In this document: positions 1-8,771 of the stretch, piece by piece
How positions within the stretch are numbered: position 1 is the first letter of the stretch
Layout of the letters: each line of letters begins with the position of its first letter
NCBI GenBank assembly: GCA_963621995.1
Contig: CAVFFZ010000004.1
Span: 16,876 to 80,875 of the forward strand
Reading direction: 5' to 3'
DNA from: Lachnospiraceae bacterium
GTDB lineage: Bacteria; Bacillota; Clostridia; TANB77; CAG-508
DNA: 64,000 bases
Program-made: the position numbers and the translations under genes
Notes under the pieces: model-generated
What the model saw: the letters and a program-made list of their open reading frames with translations, nothing else
Told to the model about the DNA's origin: nothing
Databases searched by the model: none

Positions 1-903
1 ACCTTGTGATACCGATTGACCTTCACTTACATTTAGGCTATTGCAGTGACCATATAAAGTTTGTATACCATTTCCGTGTGAAATCATAACATAGTTTCCA
101 TATCCACCGCTGTAACCATATTGAGCTACTGTAACTGTTCCTGCTGCTACTGCTTTTATTGGTGTGCCTTTATCTGCTCCTATATCTACTCCTTTATGAC
201 TTTTTCCCCACCTTGTTCCAAATCTTGATGTAACTGTACCTGAAACTGGGCTTATTAAAGATATTCCTAAGTTTACTTTTTGGCTTGATGTATTTACTCC
301 TGTTGCTGCCACTGCATAAGATGATGTTGTTACTTCTACTTTCTTTACGTATAAATCTGCAACACATGTTTCTACATCTGTAAACTCTTCTAGCTCTGTT
401 TCGTATTTTTCTACAATTGATAATTTGTCTTTATTATTACTATTTTTTTCTTTTAATTCATTTACTACTTCTTCTGCTTCTTCAAAAGTTGATACATAGG
501 CTTTTTCTTCTTCATCTACACTAATTGCATAATATTTATAGTATGGTTTTCCTTGTTCTATTACTTTGTTATATATTTCTTCGTCATTGAATGCTACATT
601 TCTTTTTAAGAAACAAAGTTTATATTCTGGTAACTCGTTTATTTCTACAAATGCAATGTTGTTACCGTTACCTTTTTCTATGTATTCATTTATTCTTTGT
701 TGTAGTTTGCTTTTGTTTTCACTATATCCAACGAACTCACCATTTAGAGTTACACTATATGTTGGTTTATAAATATATGTTATAGCTCCTACCATTAAAA
801 AAGCTGCAAGTGTTATTAATATAGTAAATTTTGCCCATGTACGTAAGTGTACAATAGTTTTCTTTATTCTACTAATTTTAAAACAACTCCTATCTTTTTT
901 CAT
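1..903 (-). CDS. M23/LytM family metallopeptidase (C-terminus runs off the window edge)
   Basis: Minus-strand ORF with ATG at 903 (absent from the track because it has no stop in the window). My translation gives an N-terminal TM segment and ...GTRWGKSHKGVDIGADKGTPIKAVAAGTV...GGYGNYVMISHGNGIQTLYGH, the M23 signature. Confidence 0.8.
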   Translation of the reverse strand, partial: MKKDRSCFKISRIKKTIVHLRTWAKFTILITLAAFLMVGAITYIYKPTYSVTLNGEFVGYSENKSKLQQRINEYIEKGNGNNIAFVEINELPEYKLCFLKRNVAFNDEEIYNKVIEQGKPYYKYYAISVDEEEKAYVSTFEEAEEVVNELKEKNSNNKDKLSIVEKYETELEEFTDVETCVADLYVKKVEVTTSSYAVAATGVNTSSQKVNLGISLISPVSGTVTSRFGTRWGKSHKGVDIGADKGTPIKAVAAGTVTVAQYGYSGGYGNYVMISHGNGIQTLYGHCNSLNVSEGQSVSQG

Positions 904-1042
904 AATTTAATATGTTATATTTTATATTATTTAGTACTTTTTAACAAATTTAATATAAGGTTATTTTTTACGTTTTTTACTATTTCCGTAGGATTATCTC
1001 TCTTTCTTTATAATATTCTCACTTTTACTCCGTACTCCATAG

Positions 1043-1085
1043 AATAAAGAGGCATAATTAATATTTTTAGACATTTTAAAAAGCC
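1043..1085 (-). promoter_or_regulatory. conserved intergenic motif, copy 1 of 2 (function unknown)
   Basis: AGAGGCATAATTAATATTTTTAGACATTTTAAAAA here versus AGAGCATAATTAATATTTTTAGGTATTTTAGAAAA at 32773-32815. In minus sense both follow a terminator hairpin and precede a cell-wall hydrolase gene. Confidence 0.35.
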
Positions 1086-1130
1086 ACAAAATATTATGCA
1101 ATATTTTGTGGTTTTTACTTAAGTATTTTA

Positions 1131-1373
1131 TTATTGTAATTCATTTTTCACATTTTGAATTTCATTCATACTCGCAGGTGTTGCTGGTTTATAATAACCT
1201 TTTATTTGTGCAACCTTGAATAGTTCATATTGGAAACTTTCATCATTATTACGAATTTGTTGAATTGTTTGTCTTAGCTGCATATTTTCTGTTTCTGTTA
1301 TAACTCCTTGATATGTTGTAAGGCTTGATTTTACCCCACCTAATATATCATTTACCATTGTTTTTTCGTCCAC
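1131..1373 (-). CDS. CotF-like spore coat protein
   Basis: Track ORF 1131..1394. Coat_F-like pattern (DILGGVKSSLTTYQGVITETEN..LRQTI...GYY). The likely start is the GTG at 1373, 9 nt after AAAGGAG. Confidence 0.65.
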   Translation of the reverse strand: MDEKTMVNDILGGVKSSLTTYQGVITETENMQLRQTIQQIRNNDESFQYELFKVAQIKGYYKPATPASMNEIQNVKNELQ

Positions 1374-1391
1374 TTTATTGTTCTCCTTTCC

Positions 1392-1414
1392 CAATTAGGA
1401 ACAGTTCCTAATTG
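1392..1414. promoter_or_regulatory. perfect 23-nt palindrome between the two coat genes
   Basis: CAATTAGGAAC-A-GTTCCTAATTG abuts the SD of the downstream coat gene. No U-run follows, so an operator or mRNA hairpin is more likely than a terminator. Confidence 0.3.
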
Positions 1415-1452
1415 CTACTTTTTTCACAATTTGTGACATTTCCTAAATCATT

Positions 1453-1641
1453 TTAATCATTTAAATATGACATTAATTTTTGTTTTGCATTTAAAGAGTC
1501 TTGTGCTGATTTTGTAAATATTTGCTTTATTTGTGGATCCACTGCTTGTGATGCGTATGTGTTTAGTTTTTGATATGTTGTCTCATTTGCTCCTATTAGA
1601 TGTCTTAAATTTTGTAATTCTACTTGTGATAAGTTTGCCAT
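1453..1641 (-). CDS. CotF-like spore coat protein (small)
   Basis: MANLSQVELQNLRHLIGANETTYQKL...DPQIKQIF. The ATG at 1641 is preceded by GGGAGGATAAAA; the longer track ORF start lacks an RBS. Confidence 0.6.
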   Translation of the reverse strand: MANLSQVELQNLRHLIGANETTYQKLNTYASQAVDPQIKQIFTKSAQDSLNAKQKLMSYLND

Positions 1642-1760
1642 TTTTATCCTCCCTTTCTTTTTATAGATATTTTTATTATTTACTTGTTTTTTATTTTTAT
1701 TCAATTTTTTTGCAATATAAAAGTCCTCCTTTAAGGAGAACTTTCTTATATTTATGTCTT

Positions 1761-4091
1761 TTAATTTATTATTTCTAAACCAGCATATTTTGCCATTAAA
1801 CGCTTATGTCCTGCTTTATCAAAGTTAATGTCTACTTTTGCGTCTTCTCCTTCTTGTTCTATAGAATTTATAGTTCCTTCACCAAATTTCTTATGGTATA
1901 CTCGCATTCCTGATTGATATTTTGAAATGTCTATATCTTGTTTTGGTTTGTTTAAAGAATTTAAGAAATTTTCTGCAGTTCTAAACGCAAAGCCAGAATT
2001 GTTATCCACTTTTTGTGCTTTAGGTGTGGATATGCTTCCTGCAGCATTGTATGTTCTTACATCTGTTTCATTAAATTTGTATGTTTTTACTTTTCCAGCA
2101 TAATTTGTTCCATATGCCCAGCCATAATTTGAATCTTCAAAGTTTTCTTCTCTATTTCCATTCATCTCACTATAGCCTTCTAGTAGCTCTTCTGGAATTT
2201 CTTTAACAAAACGAGAAATTGCATTGTAACTTGTTGAGCCAAATATTGTTCTGTGCTTAGCACATGTTAAGTATAAATATTGTTTTGCTCTTGTAATTCC
2301 TACATAGAACAAACGTCTCTCTTCTTCTAATTCTTTTGGCTCTCCTATTGATTTGTAACCTGGGAATATTCCCTCTTCCATTCCTACTAAGAAAACGACT
2401 GGGAATTCTAGTCCTTTTGCACTATGAAGTGTCATTAATGTAACACTTTCGTCTGTCTCTTGTAAGTTATCTACATCACTAGATAATGTAATACTTTCTA
2501 AGAATTCATTTAATGAATTTTCTGCATATTCTTCTTCAAATTCCATTGCTACTGTTAATAACTCGTCCAAATTTTGAATTCTGCTTTCTGCTTCTACTGT
2601 ATTTTCTAGTTCTAAAGCTTTTGTGTATCCACTTTTGTTTAATACCATTTTTATTAATTCTGATATTTGTGTTTCATCTTTCTTGCTCTTTAGGTCTTCT
2701 ATTAATTCTATGAATTCTCTTGAATTTACAAATACTCTGTTTAATCCGTACTCATCTGCATGTTTTATTACCTCATACATTGAGTTTCCTGTTTGGTAAC
2801 TAATTTCTTCAACATTGTCTAAACTTGTTTTTCCTATTCCACGTTTTGGCTCATTTATAATTCTTTTTAGAGATATATTATCTGATTGATTTGCAATTAA
2901 ACGTAAATATGCAATTGTATCTTTTATTTCTTTTCTTTCATAGAATTTTAGCCCACCTACTACTTTGTATGGTATATCTTCTCTTAATAAAATATCTTCT
3001 ATTGCTCTTGATTGTGAGTTCATTCTATATAGAATTGAGAAGTCTGAATATTTAAAATATTCCTCTGCTTTTAAGTGATTTATTTGTTCAACGATGTATC
3101 TTGCTTCGTCATATTCGTCATCGCCTTGATAAATTGCTGGTAACTTTCCTTCTTCATTTTCTGTCCATAGTTTTTTCTCATATTTTGTCTCATTATTTTT
3201 TATTACATAATTTGCTGCTTTTAAAATATTTCCTGTACAACGATAATTTTGCTCTAATTTAATTATTTTTGTTCCTGGAAAGTCTTTTTCAAAGTTTAAT
3301 ATGTTAGAAATATCTGCTCCACGGAAACTATATATTCCTTGGTCATTGTCTCCTACAACTGTAATGTTTCCATACTTTGAAGCCAAAATTGTTACTAATG
3401 TAAATTGAGCTTTGTTTGTATCTTGGTATTCATCTACTAATACATATTTGAATTTTTCTGTGTAGTAGTCTAGTACCTCTGGATTTTCTGTTAATATTTT
3501 TATTGTATAATTTATTATATCGTCAAAATCTATTGCATTATTTTCTTTTAAACGTTTTTGATATAGAGTATATATTTCTCCTATTTTTGCTTTTCTAAAG
3601 TCTGCCTGATATTTAACACAGTATTGCATAGGTTCTAACATTTCATTTTTTGCATTGCTTATTTCTGATAAAACACTTCTATCCGTAAACATTTTGTCGT
3701 CTATATTTAATGCTTTTAAACATTCTTTTACTAATGTTCTTTGATCTTGAGTGTCAAATATTAGAAATGATGAATCAAAACCTATTCTGTCTATATATTT
3801 TCTTAAAATACGCACACAAATAGAATGGAATGTTCCCATCCATATATCTTTTGCAACATCTCCAACTAAATTTTCTATTCTTTCTTTCATTTCGTTAGCT
3901 GCTTTATTTGTGAATGTTATTGCTAATATATTCCATGGCGCTATGTTTTTTTCAGCTATTAGGTATGCTATTTTGTGTGTTAATACTTTTGTTTTACCAC
4001 TTCCTGCTCCTGCTATTACCAAGCATGGTCCCTCAGTTTCTAGTACCGCTTCTTTTTGTTTATTATTTAATCCTTCTATTAACTCTTGCAT
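1761..4091 (-). CDS. pcrA: ATP-dependent DNA helicase PcrA/UvrD
   Basis: Track ORF 1761..4118. Walker A is AGAGSGKTKVLT and UvrD motifs run throughout. The internal ATG at 4091 has a GGAG RBS at 9 nt; the ATG at 4118 has none. Confidence 0.9.
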   Translation of the reverse strand: MQELIEGLNNKQKEAVLETEGPCLVIAGAGSGKTKVLTHKIAYLIAEKNIAPWNILAITFTNKAANEMKERIENLVGDVAKDIWMGTFHSICVRILRKYIDRIGFDSSFLIFDTQDQRTLVKECLKALNIDDKMFTDRSVLSEISNAKNEMLEPMQYCVKYQADFRKAKIGEIYTLYQKRLKENNAIDFDDIINYTIKILTENPEVLDYYTEKFKYVLVDEYQDTNKAQFTLVTILASKYGNITVVGDNDQGIYSFRGADISNILNFEKDFPGTKIIKLEQNYRCTGNILKAANYVIKNNETKYEKKLWTENEEGKLPAIYQGDDEYDEARYIVEQINHLKAEEYFKYSDFSILYRMNSQSRAIEDILLREDIPYKVVGGLKFYERKEIKDTIAYLRLIANQSDNISLKRIINEPKRGIGKTSLDNVEEISYQTGNSMYEVIKHADEYGLNRVFVNSREFIELIEDLKSKKDETQISELIKMVLNKSGYTKALELENTVEAESRIQNLDELLTVAMEFEEEYAENSLNEFLESITLSSDVDNLQETDESVTLMTLHSAKGLEFPVVFLVGMEEGIFPGYKSIGEPKELEEERRLFYVGITRAKQYLYLTCAKHRTIFGSTSYNAISRFVKEIPEELLEGYSEMNGNREENFEDSNYGWAYGTNYAGKVKTYKFNETDVRTYNAAGSISTPKAQKVDNNSGFAFRTAENFLNSLNKPKQDIDISKYQSGMRVYHKKFGEGTINSIEQEGEDAKVDINFDKAGHKRLMAKYAGLEIIN

Positions 4092-4111
4092 TTTTGTTTC
4101 TCCATTTCTTA

Positions 4112-4140
4112 TTGACATATTTAATATTTTTGTTTATAAT
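4112..4140 (+). promoter_or_regulatory. consensus sigma-A promoter, TTGACA-17 nt-TATAAT
   Basis: TTGACA at 4112-4117, a 17-nt spacer, TATAAT at 4135-4140. It points away from pcrA with no plus-strand ORF downstream. Confidence 0.6.
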
Positions 4141-4146
4141 ATATTT

Positions 4147-4230
4147 AGAAAATGAGAAACCACAAACGTGGTTGCCTAAGATATGTTTTAACAACACATT
4201 GCTCGGGAAAGCTAGATGTGTTGTTTTTTA
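4147..4230 (+). ncRNA. candidate ~85-nt small RNA (putative antitoxin, or antisense to the pcrA leader)
   Basis: Bounded by the consensus promoter and an intrinsic terminator (AACAACACAT...ATGTGTTGTT plus TTTT, 4190-4229). It contains the hairpin AACCAC-AAAC-GTGGTT and is convergent with the 39-aa ORF. Confidence 0.4.
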
Positions 4231-4234
4231 TTGG

Positions 4235-4354
4235 TTATTTGCTTTTGCTCAAAATAATAACTAATGCTATTATCAAGGCTATGGCAATGATAGTTATAAA
4301 TATTAAAGAATAAAATAATATGTATATTATGCTCACTAATACTAACTCTATCAT
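4235..4354 (-). CDS. 39-aa hydrophobic peptide (type I toxin-like)
   Basis: Below the track size cutoff. AAAGGAGGTGAGGCTT-ATG; translation MIELVLVSIIYILFYSLIFITIIAIALIIALVIILSKSK, a single TM segment with a Lys-rich tail. Confidence 0.5.
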   Translation of the reverse strand: MIELVLVSIIYILFYSLIFITIIAIALIIALVIILSKSK

Positions 4355-4460
4355 AAGCCTCACCTCCTTTAATTGGAGGCAACCACATCTGCTATTCTCA
4401 CTTTCTATGTTATTTAGTCTATACTATTTTTTATATATTGTCTAGCGAACACTTAAACTT

Positions 4461-4928
4461 TTATAAAAAATTTGTTTGTATTTTTTCAATTATTTTTATT
4501 AAACACTTTTCTATTTCTTCGGCACAATTTTGATATACATTCATGTCATATCCCCATGGATCTTTTATATCCATATCTTGTCCATTTTTATCTAATTCTG
4601 CATATTCCTTCATTGTAAATACTTTTTCTTTTACTTCCGGGTACATATATAATACACTTTGTTTATGAGATTCTGTAGCACATAAGATTATATCCATTTC
4701 TTTAATTCTAGATTTTCTTATATTTGTTGCTCTATGTCTTTCTATATTTACATCATAATATTTTGCCGCTTTCACAGCATTATAAGTTGCATAGTCACCA
4801 TCTTCAGCATATATTCCACATGAACATATGTCTAAATCTAAATTATTATCTTTTGCTAGTTTTTTCATCATTCCTTCTGCCATTGCACTTCTACATATGT
4901 TGCCTGTACATATAAACATTATTTTCAT
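4461..4928 (-). CDS. low-molecular-weight protein arginine/tyrosine phosphatase
   Basis: N-terminal CTGNICRS P-loop (CX5R-S) and about 155 aa, typical of the LMW-PTP/YwlE family. Confidence 0.85.
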   Translation of the reverse strand: MKIMFICTGNICRSAMAEGMMKKLAKDNNLDLDICSCGIYAEDGDYATYNAVKAAKYYDVNIERHRATNIRKSRIKEMDIILCATESHKQSVLYMYPEVKEKVFTMKEYAELDKNGQDMDIKDPWGYDMNVYQNCAEEIEKCLIKIIEKIQTNFL

Positions 4929-5145
4929 ATTTTGTCCCTCTTCTCAACCATTTTTATATTATTATAATTGTTATGCTAACTTTTGTCTATAATATATATA
5001 AGATTATTAAATTTCATACATTACAATGCCTTTTTATAATCTATAAATTGTATGCTCCAAAGATTAACCTTTTGGTATTTTAGTCGTTTGAGTCGAAAGC
5101 AAGTTACGAATAAAATATGCAGAGGCAACGTCCCCAAAAAGATAA

Positions 5146-5443
5146 TTAGAGTGACATTGCGAGCATTCCTAATAGGAATCCGGCTATGTTTCCTATTGCT
5201 GTCATTCTTCCGTGATATAAACTATTTGATTCTGGTATTAGTTCGCCTGATACTATGTATAGCATTGCTCCTGCCGCAAAACTTAAACACATTGCTATTA
5301 CTTCTTGTGATATTCCACCAAGTATTGCTCCAAAAAATGCTCCTATTCCTGTTGTTACTCCTGATAATATTACGTAGAAAATTACTTTTCCTTTTTTCAT
5401 TCCTCCGTTTTTCATGGGCACTGCCATACTTATTCCTTCTGGT
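5146..5443 (-). pseudogene. ZIP-family zinc transporter, 3' fragment (split by the island)
   Basis: ...PEG-ISMAVPMKNGG...GELIPES... continues exactly where the 5' fragment at 15817-16271 breaks (HDVPEG|ISMAVP). Confidence 0.85.
5435..5443. repeat. 9-bp shared core CCTTCTGGT (left junction)
   Basis: Identical 9-mer at 15817-15825, sitting at the two break points of the ZIP gene. Confidence 0.8.
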
Positions 5444-5502
5444 TGACATCAAAGTAGGCAGTTTCAATTTTTATTTTTGACTAATTTAATATTAAATTAG
5501 CC

Positions 5503-7059
5503 TTATATTTTTTCTTTTAGGTTATTTAATTGTTTAAAATTAAAATACAAATCTACTTGTTTATCTTGATGAATTTCAATTCTATTGATAATTACTTTCA
5601 TAATTTCTGATGTTGGCTCTTTTAATTCTAAAAATTCCTTAATCAACTTTTTTATGTTTTCATTATCATCTTGTTTTGAAGTATTCTGCATCTCTTTCAT
5701 TTGTACATATTCTCTTTCTTTTTGTTCTGCCTCATCTATTAATTTTTTATATAGCCTCTCATACATTGTTTCAGTTATTTTCCCATTTAATTTATCAACA
5801 TACATTTGATCTATATTATCATTTATAAGTTTTACTTCATTTTCTAACTTTTTTAGTATTTTCTCATAATTATATTTAGTCCTACTCTTTCTAATATTTA
5901 GTTCTATTTTTTCACTATCAATATCTTCAAATAATTTTTTTATATAATCTAACACCATTTCTTCTAAATTCTCATAACTAAATCCATGTGAGGTACAAAG
6001 ATTTATCTTTGAGTTTCTACGGTAATTATTACATACCATATAATAATGACCATTCTTTTTTCCTCTCACACCTATTTTATGATGACATTCATAACAAAAA
6101 AGTAATCCATCTAATAAAAATGTATTTTTCTTTTCATTTCTGTTGTAACTTTGGACTATCACCATTTTTTGTACCCTATCAAAAATTTTTTTATCTATTA
6201 TTGGTGGGTGTGTATTTTCTACAACATTCCATTGTTCCTTTGGATTTGGTCGAAGTTTTCTATTTTTATAGCTTATTCTGCTCCTTTTATTTTGTTCTGT
6301 TGTTCCTATATACACTTTATTTCTTAATATATTTTTTATCGTTTTATTTTCCCAAAATGAGTCTTTATTATATCTTGATTGATTAGCCGTAGGAATATTA
6401 TTTGTGTTTAAATAATCTCTTATGACGCCAACTTGATTTCCTGCCAATGCCATATTAAATATAGTCTTTACTATTTCAGCTTCTGTCTCACAAATTATTA
6501 GTTTGTTTTTATCTTTTGAGTCTTTCATATATCCTATTGCTGTTTTTCCCCCTACCCACTTTCCTTGTTTTTGCATAGTATGTAGAGCTGTCCTAATTTT
6601 TTTTGACAAGTCTTTAGAATACATATCATTTAATATTGATTTAAAAGGTGCAATATCATTGTTACCATTTGACGTTTCAAAAGTATCTATTCCATCTGTT
6701 ACAGAAACATATCTAACATTATTTTCAGGAAACCATTTTTCTATATATTCTCCTGTTTCTATGTAATCACGTCCTAAACGAGATAAGTCCTTTGTTACAA
6801 CCATATTAACTTTTCCTGAATTAATATCTCTAATCATTCGCTGAAAGCCTGGTCTATTAAAATTTGTTCCAGTGTAGCCTTGGTCAATATAAATGTCTAT
6901 TAGTTCATACTGCCATCCTAATTTTTGGACATATTCTGTTAATAATGTTCTTTGATTTTTTATGCTTTCGCTTTCATCATATCCTCTATCTACATCTTCT
7001 TTCGATAACCTTATATAAACTGCTACCTTGTACATTGTTTCTTCTATTTGTTCAAGCAC
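5503..7059 (-). CDS. large serine recombinase
   Basis: 518 aa. N-terminal resolvase domain (VAVYIRLSKED...SRLGRD), followed by a recombinase domain, Cys-rich zinc ribbon and coiled-coil tail. Confidence 0.9.
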   Translation of the reverse strand: MLEQIEETMYKVAVYIRLSKEDVDRGYDESESIKNQRTLLTEYVQKLGWQYELIDIYIDQGYTGTNFNRPGFQRMIRDINSGKVNMVVTKDLSRLGRDYIETGEYIEKWFPENNVRYVSVTDGIDTFETSNGNNDIAPFKSILNDMYSKDLSKKIRTALHTMQKQGKWVGGKTAIGYMKDSKDKNKLIICETEAEIVKTIFNMALAGNQVGVIRDYLNTNNIPTANQSRYNKDSFWENKTIKNILRNKVYIGTTEQNKRSRISYKNRKLRPNPKEQWNVVENTHPPIIDKKIFDRVQKMVIVQSYNRNEKKNTFLLDGLLFCYECHHKIGVRGKKNGHYYMVCNNYRRNSKINLCTSHGFSYENLEEMVLDYIKKLFEDIDSEKIELNIRKSRTKYNYEKILKKLENEVKLINDNIDQMYVDKLNGKITETMYERLYKKLIDEAEQKEREYVQMKEMQNTSKQDDNENIKKLIKEFLELKEPTSEIMKVIINRIEIHQDKQVDLYFNFKQLNNLKEKI

Positions 7060-7130
7060 TATTCCTCCTTCCTATACTTGATAAAAAACAATTGAATTCA
7101 GCTTAAATTATAACTGATTTTTTAGAAAAT

Positions 7131-7247
7131 TCACATGTTAAAATGATAATTTTTCTCTAATATATCAGTTAATAGACGTTCTATTAAGCTTTCTAATTCT
7201 TCACCCTTTTCATCAAAATACATATTAATTTTAAATGATTCGTTCAT
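7131..7247 (-). CDS. 38-aa small ORF upstream of the recombinase (hypothetical)
   Basis: GCAGGAGGCTAT-ATG; MNESFKINMYFDEKGEELESLIERLLTDILEKNYHFNM. No recognisable family. Confidence 0.3.
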   Translation of the reverse strand: MNESFKINMYFDEKGEELESLIERLLTDILEKNYHFNM

Positions 7248-7373
7248 ATAGCCTCCTGCTGTTTTTTTATTATTCATTTAAATTTATATGCCTAGAAATG
7301 TTTATTATTCTGGTTTTAAACATATAAACCTTGTAGAGGTAACTATTAATTCCTCTATTATATATAACATTAA

Positions 7374-8612
7374 CTAACTCAGGATTATTGCGAAAACTGT
7401 CGTCAGTTTTTATCCGACCGAGAAATTGAAGGAACCTGTCCTATTTGTGGTGGTCATGCCAAGGGCGATCAATGTGATGACTGCTTGGCGACTTTTGATG
7501 CAAATGAACTTACTAACAAAACCTGTAAATATTGTGGTTCTCCTGTATCAAAGCACAGCAATGTCCATCTTTATTGGAAATTATCCAAATATCAGCACCA
7601 AATCGCTGATTATGTGAGTTCTCATGAACATTTATGGAGATTTAGCGCAATAAATGAATCTCGTAAATATCTTGCTAACTCTGGTTTGATGGACAGAGCA
7701 ATTACCCGTCAGCTCGATTGGGGTATCGATGTACCGGTTAAAGGATTTGATGACAAAAAAATCTATGTATGGATTGAACCTGTTTTGGGATATATCTCTG
7801 CTGGAAAAAAATATTGTGAAGAACATGGTCTGAATTGGGAAGACTTTTATAAAGATTCCTCTTCTTTGGATACATATTATGTTCATGGCAAGGATAATAT
7901 TCCTTTCCATACAATCATTTTCCCGGCGTTGTTAATTGCTTTAAACGAGAATTACCAGCTACCTAACCACATTGTATCTTCTCAGTTTCTCAACATTGAT
8001 GATGAGAAAATTTCCAAGAGCAAAGGCAATGGTATTACTGTCAAAGATTTGTTAAACACATATTCTTCTGATAGTATTCGCTATTGTTTGACTTACCAGT
8101 CCCCTGAATTGAAGGATACCAACTTTATACCTGAAATTCTCGAACAACTGCATAACAAAATTCTTGTTGGCGAGTATGGTAACTTTGTAAATCGCAACTT
8201 GGCTTTTCTTGTAAAAAAGTTCAAGGGTATTATTCCTGTCGGTACTGTTAACCCTGATGTAATTTCTACTATTCAGGAAACATATTTCAAAGTGGGCGCT
8301 CTCATTGAAAATGCTGAATTAAAAAATGCTATTCAGGAAATCCAGCAACTTGTTAAATATGCTAACAAGTATTATGATGAAAAACAACCTTGGATTCAAG
8401 TTAAACAGGATATTTTCGCATTTAACGATACCACCGCTACTTGTATCGCCTTGATTGTTAACATTGCAAATCTCTATGAACCTTTTATTCCTGATTCTTC
8501 TAACATAATTTACAATTTCTTTGGAATTTCTAAACCTAATTGGGAATATATTTCAGTTGAACCCGGAGCAACATTAAACAATGTTTCAATTCTCTTCACC
8601 AGAATTGACTGA
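7374..8612 (+). pseudogene. 5'-truncated methionyl-tRNA synthetase relic
   Basis: The open frame starts right after a TAA at 7371. It encodes DYCENCRQF...CPICG...CKYCG...KISKSKGN..., colinear with residues about 145 to the end of the intact MetRS at 13663-15288. The HIGH-motif N-terminus is missing. Confidence 0.8.
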
Positions 8613-8634
8613 CTTTTCAGCTCCTAAAGAAAAT

Positions 8635-8668
8635 AGAGGAGGAAAGCTATAATTAGCTTTTCTCCTCT
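8635..8668. terminator. bidirectional hairpin between the MetRS relic and the GNAT gene
   Basis: AGAGGAGGAAAGCT-loop-AGCTTTTCTCCTCT lies between two convergent genes. Confidence 0.5.
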
Positions 8669-8771
8669 TTCTATATTCCTATAATTTTAATTTCTAATTT
8701 TTTAACATTTCAGCCAATATACCATTGCCTTCAATTATTTTTCTACAAAATATCTCTTTATATACATTCTC

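Noticed and set aside
3751-4264. Plus-strand ORFs 3751..4155 and 3914..4264, and many similar ORFs antisense to long minus-strand genes (for example 17712..18182, 22654..23127, 23229..23708, 41011..41394, 31736..32212).
   Set aside because: They are Leu/Phe/Ile/Ser-rich, low-complexity translations lacking an RBS, lying fully inside well-supported genes on the other strand. These are typical shadow ORFs in AT-rich DNA.
5052-5480. ORFs 5052..5480 (+) and 5222..5467 (-) overlapping the ZIP 3' fragment and the island junction.
   Set aside because: Neither has family similarity or an RBS. The frame encoding the ZIP C-terminus explains the region.
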